A stretch of 64,000 nt of DNA from Podarcis tiliguerta (Eukaryota), in assembly GCA_965153285.1 (NCBI GenBank), contig OZ229112.1; one strand, given 5' to 3'. The stretch's first letter is position 1. Each line of letters begins with the position of its first letter. The translations under genes were made by a program, and so were the position numbers. The notes beneath the pieces were generated by a model, which did no database searches, was not told the DNA's origin, and was given only the letters and a program-made list of their open reading frames with translations. Below, piece by piece: positions 62,651 to 64,000 of the stretch.

Positions 62651-64000
62651 TGGCTTCAGAACAAAGATTAATCAACAGGTTGTGCCTATAGAACTTTCCA
62701 TGCAAATAAAAATCACTGAATAAAGTTCTCAGGAATAAATATTAATCATCTGAACAATTCTACTGAAGTTAGTGGTTGTGTTTTTGGTTGTTTGGTTGTT
62801 AGACAACCCCTTAGCTTTGTCTACCCGCCACCAATCATAGGGAAGTTCTGTTGCTACTGTTGGCTGTCTGGTAGCAACTGCAGATAATATTCTACACAAA
62901 GCTATTCCACGTCTTTAGATAATGAATTCCATTTGTAGTTAGGAGCCCAAGGCTGAAAAAGATGTGCAGGTTTCCCCTCCACACTTCCCTCCTGCCGTCC
63001 ACATTTGTCTATAACAAATTCCTCATGTGTTGTCCTAATCACCTGACACCAGGCATCTGATATTGAGATTAGCTGAACTCTCACCAGGGAAAAATACATC
63101 TCCACATGTTATGTGTTTCACAAAGAAAACTTGCTTTACCGTGCACTGAAAATAGTTTATAAAATGGCACCTTCACATTGGATTTCCCAGATGTGATGTG
63201 CTGAATACAATGCTTTATGCAAGCCTTGGATAAAATGCTTCTGGTACTGTGCAACGTTATTGCATGTTATAAGCAAATTTGCCTGACTATAAATGCTACT
63301 CAGTGTTTTGTGAAAACTTTTCATTTCCCTTTCATTCAACATTTCATAGGTCTCTTCTTCAGTCTATCAAAATAGCAAATTTAATCTAGATTAGCTATGC
63401 AGAATGAATAAAAAGTAGAGGAGACAATAGGTACCATATCTGCCCTAATCTTCATACACCATTTTATGGTGCATCTTGTAATTTCTGCATGGAAAAGTAC
63501 AAAACGCAACAGAAGAAAAGCCATAATCTGAAAGCTATATTCTTCCTTCAAAGTTAGGCCTGTTCCCCATTGAAAGAAGCCATAGGGTGTGATACTATAT
63601 TCACTTTCCTTTGACTAAGTCTCACTGAACTGAATGGGGATTACTTCTGAGTAGTCACATATAGGATGTTTGTTGATTGATCCCATCAGTTTAAATCAAT
63701 CCATACTTTATTTATTTGTTTTAAAATTAAATAGCGGGGAGTACTGATGAGGAGGCACAATGTGTCATCCTGGCCCTCACCATCAACACCAGGTTTTGGG
63801 AATGTTCTCTAAAAGCTGTAAGAACACAAAAGAAAAAGCTTCTTCTACCTGTTTTGCTTCAGTTCCAGGTATGGGATCCAATACAAACTACAAACTATGA
63901 AAGCTAAGTTGGAACTCCTAGCTTCTTTTGCTGATCCTATGGCTATCTTTCATGTCCTTGCACTGCAAAGGAACCCTAAAATTTGAATAAATAATGTTGA

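Noticed and set aside
37000-64000. A second protein-coding gene downstream of HIVEP2
   Set aside because: No ORF with recognisable host-protein similarity and no chain of phased exons; identifiable coding relics are LINE fragments.
1-64000. CRISPR arrays, operons or prokaryotic/viral systems
   Set aside because: Vertebrate intron-exon DNA; no repeat-spacer arrays and no endogenous viral ORF recognised.

Overview
Eukaryotic (vertebrate) genomic DNA from a squamate reptile, probably a lacertid lizard. The evidence is a full Sauria SINE, a BovB fragment, and squamate-type tRNA-SINEs, L2/CR1 ends and MITEs. The window holds the complete coding region of HIVEP2 (Schnurri-2/MBP-2/ZAS2) on the + strand. 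Six coding exons (19211-24337, 25780-25934, 28675-28850, 31136-31237, 32079-32974, 34246-35076) all have GT-AG boundaries and consistent phases, giving 7287 nt and 2428 aa. There is a probable 45-nt 5'UTR micro-exon at 16160-16204 and a 3'UTR ending near the AATAAA at 36840. Positions 1-16 kb are 5' intron (promoter and first exons lie outside the window) and 37-64 kb is repeat-rich intergenic DNA with no second gene I can support. The most interesting observations concern HIVEP2 regulation. (1) The micro-exon carries three uATGs spaced 11 nt apart, one per frame. (2) The 5'UTR has 13 uATGs, including a 49-codon uORF ending 23 nt before the main start. (3) The protein has NFAT-like calcineurin docking motifs, CaMKII-type motifs and a beta-TrCP-type degron. 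There are also a 5S-rRNA-headed SINE remnant, a BovB nested in an L1, and candidate TALE-motif enhancers. Three N gaps lie in the last intron and the 3'UTR. Repeat family names and human comparisons come from recognition and recall, not from database searches.
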